64,000 nt of DNA from an uncultured Candidatus Saccharibacteria bacterium. Its GTDB lineage: Bacteria > Patescibacteriota > WWE3 > UBA101185 > UBA10185. The stretch covers positions 65,927-129,926 of the forward strand of contig CAZXUJ010000003.1 of assembly GCA_964643995.1 (NCBI GenBank), read 5' to 3'. A program made the position numbers and the translations under genes. Position 1 is the stretch's first letter. Each line of letters starts with the position of its first letter. Shown one piece after another: positions 42,684-52,753 of this stretch. Below the pieces are notes generated by a model. It made no database searches. It was given only the letters and a program-made list of their open reading frames with translations, and was not told the origin of the DNA.

Positions 42684-43177
42684 TTAAAGATGCTTATTCC
42701 GATGAGGCTCAGATGAAGGCTCGTTCAGTTTCTGAATGGTACGATAGGATTGTCGCAGCTACTGACAAATGCCCTTTTTGTGATCTAAAGGATAAATATA
42801 TTATACAAGAATTTAGTGGTATGGTTCTGACCGTGAACCTTTTTCCTTATATTGACGGCCATTTGATGATTATACCTATCAGACACATTGAGACTTTTGC
42901 TGAACTTACAGACCAAGAAGTGTTAGCGAGTAAAAAATTACTTGATTTGGGAATGCGTCTGGTTAAGGATGAGTTTAACTATGAAAACCTAAACATATTG
43001 TACCGGGAAGGGAGTAACAAGTCTGGCCAGAGTCTAAAGCATTTACATATACATATTTTACCAATAACGGCGGATTTACTTCAGTATGATAAAACAAACT
43101 TTAAGTGGGTGTTTCAGAAAATTAATTTTCCTCCGCGTGAGGTGGCAGAGAGGTTGCGTGCCAGAATACACAAATGA
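42680..43177 (+). CDS. HIT family (histidine triad) nucleotide hydrolase/transferase
   Basis: LKHLHIHILP histidine triad. C-x-x-C zinc motif near the N-terminus (CPFCD). Confidence 0.85.
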   Translation: MIKDAYSDEAQMKARSVSEWYDRIVAATDKCPFCDLKDKYIIQEFSGMVLTVNLFPYIDGHLMIIPIRHIETFAELTDQEVLASKKLLDLGMRLVKDEFNYENLNILYREGSNKSGQSLKHLHIHILPITADLLQYDKTNFKWVFQKINFPPREVAERLRARIHK

Positions 43178-43622
43178 AGACATTGAATACATGAAAATGG
43201 CCTGTTTGCTTTGCGATAGAGCCCAGTGTGGTTATAAGGTAGGTTGCGTAGTGGTAAATGCTGGTAAAGCTATAGTGGAATCTTGGAATGAGCGTTTAGT
43301 GGGTAATATGTTTTGCAATTATGGCACGTGTGTCCGTGAGGAGGAGAATCTAAAGGGTGGTAAAAATATTGATCGTGTATGTTCTATACATGCTGAGCAA
43401 GCTGCAATTGCTAGTGCTGCTAAAACTGGAACGCCTTTGAAAGGCTGTACGATGTACGTTACAACATATCCTTGTTTGATTTGTGCCAAATCTATTGCTA
43501 AATCTGGAGTGTCTAAACTTTATTATATGTCAGACTACATGGGTGAGAATTTTGCAGATGCCATATTATCTGAGGCTGGTGTGGTAGTAACAAATATTCC
43601 TCAAGATGTTTGCTGGAGTTAA
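43158..43622 (+). CDS. dCMP (deoxycytidylate) deaminase, ComEB-like zinc deaminase. Start uncertain: GTG at 43158 or ATG at 43191.
   Basis: HAEQAA and PCLICAKSI zinc-binding motifs. The N-terminal EDIEYMKMA resembles the conserved WDEYFM segment and lies upstream of the first ATG. Overlaps the end of the HIT gene. Confidence 0.8.
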   Translation: MPEYTNEDIEYMKMACLLCDRAQCGYKVGCVVVNAGKAIVESWNERLVGNMFCNYGTCVREEENLKGGKNIDRVCSIHAEQAAIASAAKTGTPLKGCTMYVTTYPCLICAKSIAKSGVSKLYYMSDYMGENFADAILSEAGVVVTNIPQDVCWS

Positions 43623-43625
43623 TTT

Positions 43626-45134
43626 ATGAGCAATAAAGAATGGCCGTCATATTTTAAAGATCGTTTGATAATTGATAACCTGGACTCGAACGTTGGTATA
43701 GCAACCCTGTGGATGCCTAAGGAAAATGTAGCAGAGGTTCTTAAACCCGGTTCATTTTCTGTGTGTGGGCAACTTTATACCAAACGTGGAATTTCCCCTC
43801 TTTTACGTAATGTTTTAGCAAACCCAAAAATAAGATATTTGGTTGTTTGTGGGCTAGATAGACAGGGGAGCGGTGAGGCGCTAATTAAATACTTTGAAAA
43901 TGGCGTAGTGCCGGAGGAACATGCCGGAGATGTGAAAGGTTGGAAAATTATAGATGACGATGAGGCTTTGCTAGATAAAGAGATTACCCTAGAGGCTTTA
44001 GAGTTAGTAAGGCATCATGTCAAGATTATTGATTTACGAAAAAAACCTTTAGAGGTAATCGCAGAGCATATTGCCACATTAGAAAAACTTCCACCATTTG
44101 CTGAACCTCAATACTTTCCAGAGGTGTTACCACCTGTTGTTGAGCAATACCCGTCTGATATGTCTGTTTTTAAGATCCGTCGAGATTACATTGGGGATTC
44201 CTGGATAGACATACTGAAAGTTCTTCACCGCTTTGGGCATCAAATTCCTGGAATGTATGGCAACGTGAAGCTAGTTCATAACATCTGCGTCGTTATTGAA
44301 AAAGAAGATCCCGATGGTCCTAAGTTTTATGATTTTCTAAATTTCAAAAAAGATGCTCTAGAAAAGTATATCGAAGGTTTTTTTGACAAAGATAAACGTG
44401 ATGAACCCTATACATATGGTGAGCGACTTTTTGATTGGGATGGCTTAGATCAAGTAGCTATCATGACGGAGAAGTTGCAGAGATTTCCTTACGATCGTGG
44501 AGCATTAGCAGTCCTATGGAAGCCTCATAAAGACAACTTTCCACCTGAAAAAAGCCACATCCAGAAAAACGGTCAAACTAAAGGTTGGCGAGTGCCTTGT
44601 TTAGTTATGGTTGCAGGTCAATGCTTAGGTGATAGCTTTAATATGACTGCCTTTTTTAGAAGTAACGATATGTTTGGGGCATGGCCTCTTAATGCATTTG
44701 CACTACGTACTCTGCAAAAGCAAATCTCCCAGAAGATAGGGAAGAGTTTGGGATCATTGACCACTATATCTCACGTGGCTGAGTTGTATGAAATCGATTG
44801 GGACTCTACGACTAAGATCATCCAAGAAAACAACAAACTTGATAGAACATGCATGTATGACTCCAGAAGCTATTACATAGTTGAGGTAGTAGGAGAGGAG
44901 ATTCATCTGACTTTTATGACTCCTGACGGTGCTCAGGAAATTGCTAAGTTTATTGAGGATGGTAAAAAACCTAAAATTGCTCGTGATATGTGTGCGATGG
45001 CAATAAGAGATATGTTAATCAGTGATTTAGGTGCCGCAGCAGATTTAGGTAGGCAGTTGGCAAAAGCAGAGGCCGCAGTGAAGTTGGGCCTAAAGTTTGA
45101 GCAAGACAATTTACTATCAATGAAGCTCAAGTAG
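43626..45134 (+). CDS. Thymidylate synthase (ThyA)-like protein, divergent, with a ~180-aa N-terminal and ~55-aa C-terminal extension
   Basis: RVPCLVMVAGQCLGDSFNMTAFFRSNDMFGAWPLNAFALRTLQ aligns to the ThyA catalytic Cys (PCH), RSAD and FLGxPFNIASYALL region. GMYGN resembles GxxYGxQWR. Adjacent to dCMP deaminase. Confidence 0.6.
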   Translation: MSNKEWPSYFKDRLIIDNLDSNVGIATLWMPKENVAEVLKPGSFSVCGQLYTKRGISPLLRNVLANPKIRYLVVCGLDRQGSGEALIKYFENGVVPEEHAGDVKGWKIIDDDEALLDKEITLEALELVRHHVKIIDLRKKPLEVIAEHIATLEKLPPFAEPQYFPEVLPPVVEQYPSDMSVFKIRRDYIGDSWIDILKVLHRFGHQIPGMYGNVKLVHNICVVIEKEDPDGPKFYDFLNFKKDALEKYIEGFFDKDKRDEPYTYGERLFDWDGLDQVAIMTEKLQRFPYDRGALAVLWKPHKDNFPPEKSHIQKNGQTKGWRVPCLVMVAGQCLGDSFNMTAFFRSNDMFGAWPLNAFALRTLQKQISQKIGKSLGSLTTISHVAELYEIDWDSTTKIIQENNKLDRTCMYDSRSYYIVEVVGEEIHLTFMTPDGAQEIAKFIEDGKKPKIARDMCAMAIRDMLISDLGAAADLGRQLAKAEAAVKLGLKFEQDNLLSMKLK

Positions 45135-45950
45135 AAGTCGATTATACATTTTTTCGAAATAGTCCTTTTCGTTTTGCCAATATTCCTGATTTGTATAGTC
45201 ATTCTTATGCTTAACAATGTTGTTTAGATGTCGTGTTAAAACCAATTTTGCGTAATCATTTAGTTCGTCAACGTTTATACTATTATAGTAATTTTTCTTA
45301 ATCATGGCAGATAAGGTTGTAAAATCAGCTTTTTTAAATCTAAACCACGAGAATACTGCCATATATGCAAGATCATATTCCACCGGTCCCAAAACAACAT
45401 TCTCAAAGTCCAATACTCCAGAAATTTTATTTGATGCTACTATAACGTTTGAGGGTGTTAGGTCACCATGAAGGAGCACTGGTTCGCTTGTGTCTATCAC
45501 CGGTAGGTTTAGTTTACTTAGTCCTTTTGTCTTGTTGGAAAAATTATGAATTTTGTTCAAGACGTCGATCATTTGCTCAAAAATCTCCATATTCATATCA
45601 AATGGCGGGGTCCCCTCAATGTGTTTATGCAAACGAATTGTGTGATCCTCGAATTCTGTTATGTACTGGTTTGCTATGTTTTTTATGTATTTTGGTGTTG
45701 GCAAAGTTTCATTTAATAGGTTTTCGATTTTTATTGCTCTTTCAAGTGTTTCGACTTTTTCTGTGGTATTTTTTGATATACGTGCAATGAGTTTTTCACC
45801 AGACTTTGTTTCTAGATAGATCGTATATGTGTGGTAGCCCCAAGATATAAGTTCACTGGTCTTTATGTTTAGTAGATATGCTTCACGAATTCTATTCTTG
45901 AGTGCTTGGTGTTCTTTAACATTTGCAAAGTTTGCGTATTCATCGAACAT
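45117..45950 (-). CDS. Aminoglycoside/choline-kinase family phosphotransferase (APH fold)
   Basis: LLHGDLTPSNVI catalytic loop. VLDFENV (DFG-like). Convergent, with an 18-nt overlap with the ThyA-like gene. Confidence 0.75.
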   Translation of the reverse strand: MFDEYANFANVKEHQALKNRIREAYLLNIKTSELISWGYHTYTIYLETKSGEKLIARISKNTTEKVETLERAIKIENLLNETLPTPKYIKNIANQYITEFEDHTIRLHKHIEGTPPFDMNMEIFEQMIDVLNKIHNFSNKTKGLSKLNLPVIDTSEPVLLHGDLTPSNVIVASNKISGVLDFENVVLGPVEYDLAYMAVFSWFRFKKADFTTLSAMIKKNYYNSINVDELNDYAKLVLTRHLNNIVKHKNDYTNQEYWQNEKDYFEKMYNRLLLELH

Positions 45951-46124
45951 TCTAGCATTAAAGCATAACTTGTGATATTCTCCTAGTGCTCGAATAATCC
46001 TGGCGAACTTAGGTATAAGGCGCTTTCGGGTAAGTGTTTGACCTTGAGTTAAAACACAATAGAAAAAGGAGGCTATGTAACAAGTTTTTAATTTTTTTAA
46101 GCCTCCAATTTCGGAGGTTTTTTT

Positions 46125-47117
46125 ATGGCAAAAAATAATTATAAAACACCTGATGCAAAAGAATTACTAGATGCGGGTGTGCATTTTGGACATCAAGTTA
46201 GAAGATGGCATCCTAAGATGGAGCCTTATATTTTCACGGTCAAGAAAAATATTCATATTATTGATTTGGAAAAGACTGAACAAATGCTTAAAGAGGCATG
46301 TGACTACCTTCACGGTGTTGCGGCTAGAGGTGGGCAGATTATCTTCGTAGGTACTAAAAAGCAGGCTCGTGACATGATCAAGCTTGAAGCTAAGAGAAGC
46401 GGTGCAATGTACATTAATGAGCGTTGGTTGGGTGGCATTATGACCAATCACGAGGTTATAAAGCGCAACATGAGGAAACTCACTGATTTAATGCATCGCC
46501 GTGAAATTGGGGATCTTATGAGATATACCAAAAAAGAACGTTTGTTAATTGATAGGGAGATCGATAAGCTCGAAAAGTATGTTGGTGGTATTGTTGGGTT
46601 GCATAAGATTCCAGAGGCTTTGTTTATTATTGATGCTCGCCGAGAAAAAACTGCAATTCGTGAGGCCGCTAATGTTGGAGCTAAGGTTGTTGCACTAGTT
46701 GACACAAACACCGACCCAACTGGTATCGATATGGTAATACCAGGCAATGATGACGGTATAAGATCTATTGCAACTGTTCTAAATGCTATAAGTGATGCTA
46801 TTGAGGCTGGTTATAAAGAATTTGCTGACAAGTTACAAAAAGGTGAGGCGACTGTTGAGCAAAAGAAGGATGAACCTGTGACTAAGGTTGTTACACCTAA
46901 AGTGTCACGCTCCGAATCGGTTGTATCCACCAAAGGCGCTAAAGATGCTGTCGTTGATCCGCTAGATATAGTTCCACTAGTAGTTGATGACGCTGAGATA
47001 GTTGAAGAGTTGGGTATAAAAGTCGAAATACCCGTTGTAAATGAAGAAAAAGAGGGCGAAGTAAAGATAAAAAAAAGCAAAGCCAATGTAACGAAAAAAG
47101 CAAAGAAGGGTAAATAG
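46125..47117 (+). CDS. rpsB: 30S ribosomal protein S2 with a ~100-aa Lys/Glu/Val-rich C-terminal extension
   Basis: Conserved S2 N-terminus (LLDAGVHFGHQVRRWHPKM). Low-complexity tail. Confidence 0.9.
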   Translation: MAKNNYKTPDAKELLDAGVHFGHQVRRWHPKMEPYIFTVKKNIHIIDLEKTEQMLKEACDYLHGVAARGGQIIFVGTKKQARDMIKLEAKRSGAMYINERWLGGIMTNHEVIKRNMRKLTDLMHRREIGDLMRYTKKERLLIDREIDKLEKYVGGIVGLHKIPEALFIIDARREKTAIREAANVGAKVVALVDTNTDPTGIDMVIPGNDDGIRSIATVLNAISDAIEAGYKEFADKLQKGEATVEQKKDEPVTKVVTPKVSRSESVVSTKGAKDAVVDPLDIVPLVVDDAEIVEELGIKVEIPVVNEEKEGEVKIKKSKANVTKKAKKGK

Positions 47118-47144
47118 TCAGTTCGTATATTTTTAAGGAGAATT

Positions 47145-47600
47145 ATGGAATTAAATATTCAGGATATAAAAAAACTTAGAGAAGAGACCGGAGCAGGTGT
47201 CTTGGATGCCAAACAGGCCCTACAAGATAGCGCTGGGGATTACGAAACGGCTAAGGCTCAATTGGCGGCCAAAGGGTTAGCAAAAGCTGATAAGAAGGCT
47301 GCTAGGGTAACTAAAGACGGTTTAATTTACTCATACATCCATGGGAATGGGAAAATAGGTAGTATGGTTTATGTTGCATGCGAGACTGATTTTGTAGCTA
47401 AGACAGAAGATTTTAAGAATCTATGTCATGCAGTAGCTTTGCAGGTTTGTTCGGGTGACTATCAAGATGTTGAGGAGTTAGTGAATGACGATTACATCCG
47501 TGACCCAAGCAAAACTATTCTTTCATTGGTCAAAGAAACAATTGCAAAAGTTGGAGAAAACATAGAGGTAAAGAGTTTTAGCAAACTGGCAGTTAATTAG
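47145..47600 (+). CDS. tsf: Elongation factor Ts (short form)
   Basis: UBA-like N-terminus IKKLREETGAGVLDAKQAL. Follows rpsB. Confidence 0.85.
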   Translation: MELNIQDIKKLREETGAGVLDAKQALQDSAGDYETAKAQLAAKGLAKADKKAARVTKDGLIYSYIHGNGKIGSMVYVACETDFVAKTEDFKNLCHAVALQVCSGDYQDVEELVNDDYIRDPSKTILSLVKETIAKVGENIEVKSFSKLAVN

Positions 47601-47639
47601 CTGGAAAAAGTATCGTATTTAACGTAATATCTTAAATGT

Positions 47640-48194
47640 ATGCAAACTTCTGAGTTGAAGAAAAAACTTGATTCCGCTATAGACTTTCTAGAATCCGAAC
47701 TATCTCAAATTCGTACTGGACGCGTGACAACAACCTTGTTGGACGTTGTATCTATTGAGGCCTATGGAACAAGAATGACCTTACGTGAGGTAGGGACCAT
47801 AAGTGTTTTAGATCCCCAAACTTTGCAGGTGACCCCTTGGGATAAAAGTCTACTAGAACCTATTTCCAAAGCTATCAGGGAAAGTGAACTCGGTATAAAT
47901 CCAGTGTCTAAAAGTGATTTAGTATTAATTCCGGTGCCCCCACTTACCGAGGATCGTCGCAAGGAGTTTGCTAAAATGGCTACTCTAAAAGTCGAGAATG
48001 TTAAGAATACCATTCGTGGAGTGCGTCAAGAAGCAATGAAGGACATTGATGCCGATTTTGCTAATAAGGCTTTTGGTGAGGACGACAAATTTAGATTTAA
48101 GGACGAGGTCGAAGACACTGTGAAAAAATACACAGAAAAAGCCGAAGAATTGGGCGAAGCCAAAAAGACAGATATAATGTCTGTAGGCAAGTAA
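47640..48194 (+). CDS. frr: Ribosome recycling factor
   Basis: IRTGRVTTTLLDVVSIEAYG and PVPPLTEDRRKEF motifs. Confidence 0.9.
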   Translation: MQTSELKKKLDSAIDFLESELSQIRTGRVTTTLLDVVSIEAYGTRMTLREVGTISVLDPQTLQVTPWDKSLLEPISKAIRESELGINPVSKSDLVLIPVPPLTEDRRKEFAKMATLKVENVKNTIRGVRQEAMKDIDADFANKAFGEDDKFRFKDEVEDTVKKYTEKAEELGEAKKTDIMSVGK

Positions 48195-48204
48195 GGAATT
48201 TTTT

Positions 48205-49365
48205 ATGCTAACTTTACTGCTTTTTATCTTAATACTCTCGATCTTAGTCATTATTCATGAATTTGGACATTTTTATGTTGCTAAACGTGCCGGTGTTAGG
48301 GTAGAAGAATTTGGGTTTGGGCTCCCTCCTCGCTTACTTGGGAAAAAAATAGGTGAGACTCTTTATTCCATAAATCTATTACCTTTTGGCGGTTTTGTTA
48401 AACTTGCTGGAGAAGATGAGCCGGATGAAACCAGTTATGAAACTGCCTCAAAAGATCCTCGAAATTTTATGTCTAAGACAGTACTTCAACGATCTGCTAT
48501 TGTCTTGGCAGGAATTGTGATGAATAGTTTGTTGGCAGTACTCCTATACTATGTTTTTTTTATATTCACTGGTTTTAAATCTCTCACTATACCAAATTTT
48601 TTTGATTATAGATTTAGATTTGGAACCTCGGAGGAGATTAACACTGTAGTATTGGGGTATACCGTTGATTCCTCGTCTGAGGCTTTGGTTTCAGTAGGCG
48701 AAGCTATTTTGGAAGTTGATGGTAAGGCTGTTTACAGCGTTTCAGATATACGGGAGTCGGTAAAATATAAGGCTAATCAAGACGTGAATCTTTTACTCAT
48801 GAATGTTAGTTCTGTAAATCGTGAGTTGCGCTCGACTACTGTCAAACCAACAGCAAACGATGCCGGAGAGGGTGTTTTAGGTGTATACATAGGTGAGGCC
48901 ACCGTTCTTAACTATTCAAACACCAAGATTTTATCAGGACCAATGCATGCTTATAATATTTTGGCATATTCCAAATTTACATTGGGTAGGTTAGTGGGGG
49001 AGTCTGTTAGTCAACGCTCTGTTGAGCCTGTTTCTGCCAGTGTCTCTGGTCCAGTAGGAATAATGTCGGTTGTTGGTGGTATTTTGGATCAATCATCGGG
49101 TATATCGTCAGCCCCGGATCGTTTTAAAACTGTTGCTTTAAGTTTAATTGATCTCACTGCCTTACTTTCGGTAAGCTTGGCATTTATAAATGCAATACCA
49201 TTTCCAGCTTTGGATGGAGGACGCTTAGCATTTATTTTGCTTGAAGGAATTCGCGGTAAAAGAATATCTCCTAAATATGAGGTAGCGTTTCATCAAGCGG
49301 GCATGATTCTGCTTTTAGGACTTTTGGTGATGGTTACAATACGAGATGTAGCCCGTATTTTTTAA
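48205..49365 (+). CDS. rseP: RIP metalloprotease RseP (site-2 protease, M50) with a PDZ domain
   Basis: HEFGHFYVAKRAG HExxH in TM1. Central PDZ-like region. C-terminal LDGG motif. Confidence 0.85.
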   Translation: MLTLLLFILILSILVIIHEFGHFYVAKRAGVRVEEFGFGLPPRLLGKKIGETLYSINLLPFGGFVKLAGEDEPDETSYETASKDPRNFMSKTVLQRSAIVLAGIVMNSLLAVLLYYVFFIFTGFKSLTIPNFFDYRFRFGTSEEINTVVLGYTVDSSSEALVSVGEAILEVDGKAVYSVSDIRESVKYKANQDVNLLLMNVSSVNRELRSTTVKPTANDAGEGVLGVYIGEATVLNYSNTKILSGPMHAYNILAYSKFTLGRLVGESVSQRSVEPVSASVSGPVGIMSVVGGILDQSSGISSAPDRFKTVALSLIDLTALLSVSLAFINAIPFPALDGGRLAFILLEGIRGKRISPKYEVAFHQAGMILLLGLLVMVTIRDVARIF

Positions 49366-49527
49366 TACTCGTTTTTGCTTTTTTATCCGCTGTTATGCTA
49401 TCATTTACCAGCATTAGTTTGTATAAAATATATTTAGGTATATACTAAAAATATCTGCGTACCAAATTGATAAAAGTTTTTGGAGGTGTATTCCACATTA
49501 GTGCTGTATAAGCACAATGAACGTAAC

Positions 49528-49725
49528 ATGACACGTGTAAAAGTAAGACACGGCGAAAGTTTGGATCAAGCTTTAAGAAGATTTAATCGCGAAGTTTTAA
49601 AAGCAGGGATTCTAAAAGAACTGAGAAAAAGAGAAAGATATAGAAAACCTAGTGAAATTAAGACTGAAAAGAAAAAAGAGAAAAAGCGAAAAATTTATAT
49701 TGAAAGATTGAAAAGTGGAAGATAA
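49528..49725 (+). CDS. rpsU: 30S ribosomal protein S21
   Basis: [23 protein letters not shown] matches the S21 N-terminus, with a basic tail. The track ORF begins earlier at 49480; ATG at 49528 chosen. Confidence 0.8.
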   Translation: MTRVKVRHGESLDQALRRFNREVLKAGILKELRKRERYRKPSEIKTEKKKEKKRKIYIERLKSGR

Positions 49726-49743
49726 TTCTTCCCCTAGTTTGTC

Positions 49744-50058
49744 GTGATCATAGAAAAATTGCAAAAAGATCTTGTAACTGCACAAAAAGAAAAAGCCGCA
49801 CAAACCGTGTTGGTAATTAGGTATTTGATATCACAGATTCGTAATTATGAGATTGAAATACGCGTAGAAAACCGCTCCTTAACTGATGAGGATGCTATGT
49901 TAGTATTAAAGCGCCAGATAAAGCGTCGCAAGAAAGCTATAGAAGAATTTGAAAAAGGTAATCGACCGGATATTGTGGCTAAAGAAAAAGCTGAACTTTC
50001 TTTGGTTGAGACTTATTATGCTGACTTTGAGAAAGAACTTGGTTTAAGTGTAGAATAG
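49744..50058 (+). CDS. GatB/YqeY domain protein
   Basis: 104 aa with YqeY-like pattern (LVIRYLISQIRNYEIE). Commonly follows rpsU. Confidence 0.65.
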   Translation: MIIEKLQKDLVTAQKEKAAQTVLVIRYLISQIRNYEIEIRVENRSLTDEDAMLVLKRQIKRRKKAIEEFEKGNRPDIVAKEKAELSLVETYYADFEKELGLSVE

Positions 50059-50064
50059 CTGAGC

Positions 50065-50388
50065 ATGAAATTTGATAAACCATTTAACATTTCGGTACGC
50101 ATATCTGATGATACTGAGATCCAAGAACTAAATAAAAAACATTTTGATAGAGATTACCCAACAGATGTGTTGTCCTTTAACATGGATACAACTACTGAAG
50201 AAGGGGAGTTTTACCTCGGAGACATTATTGTGAACAAGGATCAGGCTCAGAGACAATCTCAAGAGTTTGGCAATGACCTTGAGCATGAGATTGCTGATTT
50301 AGTGGCACATGGCATTTTACATCTTTTGGGCGTTCATCACCCTGATGATGATGAAAATTCTATTCATGGCCTAAACAATCAGAAATAA
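50065..50388 (+). CDS. ybeY: rRNA maturation endoribonuclease YbeY (short)
   Basis: HGILHLLGVHH zinc-binding motif. Confidence 0.8.
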   Translation: MKFDKPFNISVRISDDTEIQELNKKHFDRDYPTDVLSFNMDTTTEEGEFYLGDIIVNKDQAQRQSQEFGNDLEHEIADLVAHGILHLLGVHHPDDDENSIHGLNNQK

Positions 50389-50514
50389 GCTTCTCAGGTG
50401 AATTCATAATCTGTTCTTCTACGGGTAGTAGGTTTTTTTCATTAGGGTCGTTTTCAAGATCATACTTTTCTATAATGTTTTCAGTTTGTTGGATAATGTA
50501 TTTATCAGGGTAGT

Positions 50515-52182
50515 TTAAACCGCGATATACCGTCCCGAGAATGGTTGTACTGCAATAACACACTTTTCTTGTTCTTCTTCTGTATCTGATGAATCTCTGT
50601 TTATCAGTAGGTGAGTAAACCCTTTTGACTCTTTATGGTCATCTAGAATTTCCAGAATAGTTCTAGGTAACATTCTGTTTGATACCAGTTCCTTTTTTTC
50701 ACTACCTATTGCCATAGAACCCCTATCTGATGCTGGCGGTATGTATCCAAGTGCAGTAACCATGCCCTCTTGATAAGCGAAAAACGTATTGAAATAATTG
50801 TTTTCATGTACTTGAATTGGAAATGAATGATCGCCGAAAATAAATAGATGCGAGTTGTTATCGTAGTTTCCAAAGGAATACCTTTTCAGCGCCTCTCCCA
50901 TTAATTCATCCTGTAAATACGTGGTGTTAGTTATTGTTTCTCTTAGATTTTTCGTGTCTTGATAGGGCAGCTCATTTTTATAAGTATCGTATATGCTTTC
51001 TTCAGCTGCATCGAATGGATAGTGATTTATGCTCCCAACTGCCATGTGTACAAATAATTTTTCATCTTTGTATTTATCATTGATGTACTCGAAGTATCTT
51101 TCATACGCTATTCCATCTGTATAGCCCCACTCATGTTTGGGGTCAGTGTCCTGAAAGAGTTCCAGGCCTAAAACCTCATCAAAGCCTATATTTTTTAGGA
51201 ATACATCCATGTTTGCAAATCCTGTGTCATACAATTGCATATAAATTGTTTTATATCCCGCCTCTTTGAGGATTCTGGGCAAACAGTTCAGTTCATTAGT
51301 GTTGGTTTTATTGGTAGCTGTTGTTTTATATAGCGGTGGAAGTATTCCGCAGAGGAATACTTCTTGATTGGAGGTAGTATTCACCGCTGACGCTTGAAAG
51401 TTTTTTATTAATACACCCTTTTCTTTCGTTATGGTCAAAAATTCAGGTGTGCTTACATTGTTTACAAATTCCGTGTTTAGACTTTCCAGTTGAATTAGGA
51501 AAACGTTTTCCTTTTTATTTTTCAAGTTTTCGAGATTTATAGCTTCTGTCAGATTTCCGTTGCGATTTTTTTCAAGTTCTTGTTGGTACAGTTTTGTGTA
51601 AGTCTTAAGTACCACTTTGTTACTGGTGATTTCCCTTTTAACACTGATGCTAAATTGGCTGTAAAAAATTGTTGTAAATATTGAAATCACTAACAATATA
51701 TTTATAAGTTGCTTTTTTTTGTTTAAGGCGCCTTGATATGCAATGTTTTTGGCTAATTCCTTATGAAATGTAAAACTCAGTATACAGCTGATGATTAGCA
51801 AGGTTGCTATAAGCTCAACATTGAAACCAAGTTTGTTCGCAACTTCGAGTAGCTCTGAATACTTTATCAAATAGTCTCTTACCATGAAAGTAACCTCAAA
51901 TTTCGCATAAAAAATGTTAAAGAGTACTAGCAAGTGTTGTATGAACACTAGTCCGCATATGCTGGCATTTATGGTCGTTGTTTTTGCATTAGACTTGTTT
52001 AGCCGCAATGCGCTTAGCCAAGTTAACACCAGTAAAAATAAGCAGAATGGTAGGGTCAAAACTTCTAGTATTCCCAAGTTGAGCAATGCCACATAATACA
52101 GGTTGATGTAAAAAAATGTTACTATTTGAATGATTTGAGCAATCTTTAGTGAAACAATTGAAATCTTGTTAAGTATTCTCAA
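50515..52182 (-). CDS. LTA-synthase/sulfatase family membrane protein (alkaline-phosphatase superfamily, LtaS-like)
   Basis: Five N-terminal TM helices. C-terminal ectodomain with sulfatase-like metal-binding motifs (GDHS, HMAVGSINHYP). Confidence 0.7.
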   Translation of the reverse strand: MRILNKISIVSLKIAQIIQIVTFFYINLYYVALLNLGILEVLTLPFCLFLLVLTWLSALRLNKSNAKTTTINASICGLVFIQHLLVLFNIFYAKFEVTFMVRDYLIKYSELLEVANKLGFNVELIATLLIISCILSFTFHKELAKNIAYQGALNKKKQLINILLVISIFTTIFYSQFSISVKREITSNKVVLKTYTKLYQQELEKNRNGNLTEAINLENLKNKKENVFLIQLESLNTEFVNNVSTPEFLTITKEKGVLIKNFQASAVNTTSNQEVFLCGILPPLYKTTATNKTNTNELNCLPRILKEAGYKTIYMQLYDTGFANMDVFLKNIGFDEVLGLELFQDTDPKHEWGYTDGIAYERYFEYINDKYKDEKLFVHMAVGSINHYPFDAAEESIYDTYKNELPYQDTKNLRETITNTTYLQDELMGEALKRYSFGNYDNNSHLFIFGDHSFPIQVHENNYFNTFFAYQEGMVTALGYIPPASDRGSMAIGSEKKELVSNRMLPRTILEILDDHKESKGFTHLLINRDSSDTEEEQEKCVIAVQPFSGRYIAV

Positions 52183-52223
52183 AATATCATTAATCTTAAT
52201 TTTTAGATGGTATCATATACCTA

Positions 52224-52744
52224 TGGTTGTAATGCAAAAGAAGCTAATCGTAGGGCTGGGTAATCCCGGTGACAAATATAAAAATACCAGACATAATGTT
52301 GGTTTTATGCTTGTGGATAACCTTGTAGAGAAACTCAACTTAAAATGGGAGTTTGATAAAAGGTTTAACTCTGAGGTCGCTGCCAATAATGAGTATATTT
52401 TCGCAAAGCCTCAAACATTTATGAATGAGTCTGGGAGTGCTGTAAAAAGGCTAGTCTCATATTTTGGCATTAACCTAGATGCTTTGATAGTAATTCACGA
52501 TGATGTTGATTTAGAAGCTGGAGATGTCAAATTTAAAAAAGGTTCGGGTTCTGCAGGGCATCATGGCGTAGAGGATATTATAGAGAAGCTTGATTCAAAA
52601 GATTTTTGGAGATTGCGTGTAGGTATAGGTAGACCACAAAATCAAAGTTTTGATGTTCACTCTTTTGTTTTAGGCAAAATCCCCGAAAATTTTACCCTCA
52701 ATTTAGCCGAGTTACTTTCTCTCCTCGAATTAAATATTGAATAA
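52224..52744 (+). CDS. pth: Peptidyl-tRNA hydrolase
   Basis: LIVGLGNPGDKYKNTRHNVGF signature. The track ORF starts earlier, at 52166. Confidence 0.9.
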
Positions 52745-52753
52745 TAGAGATTT

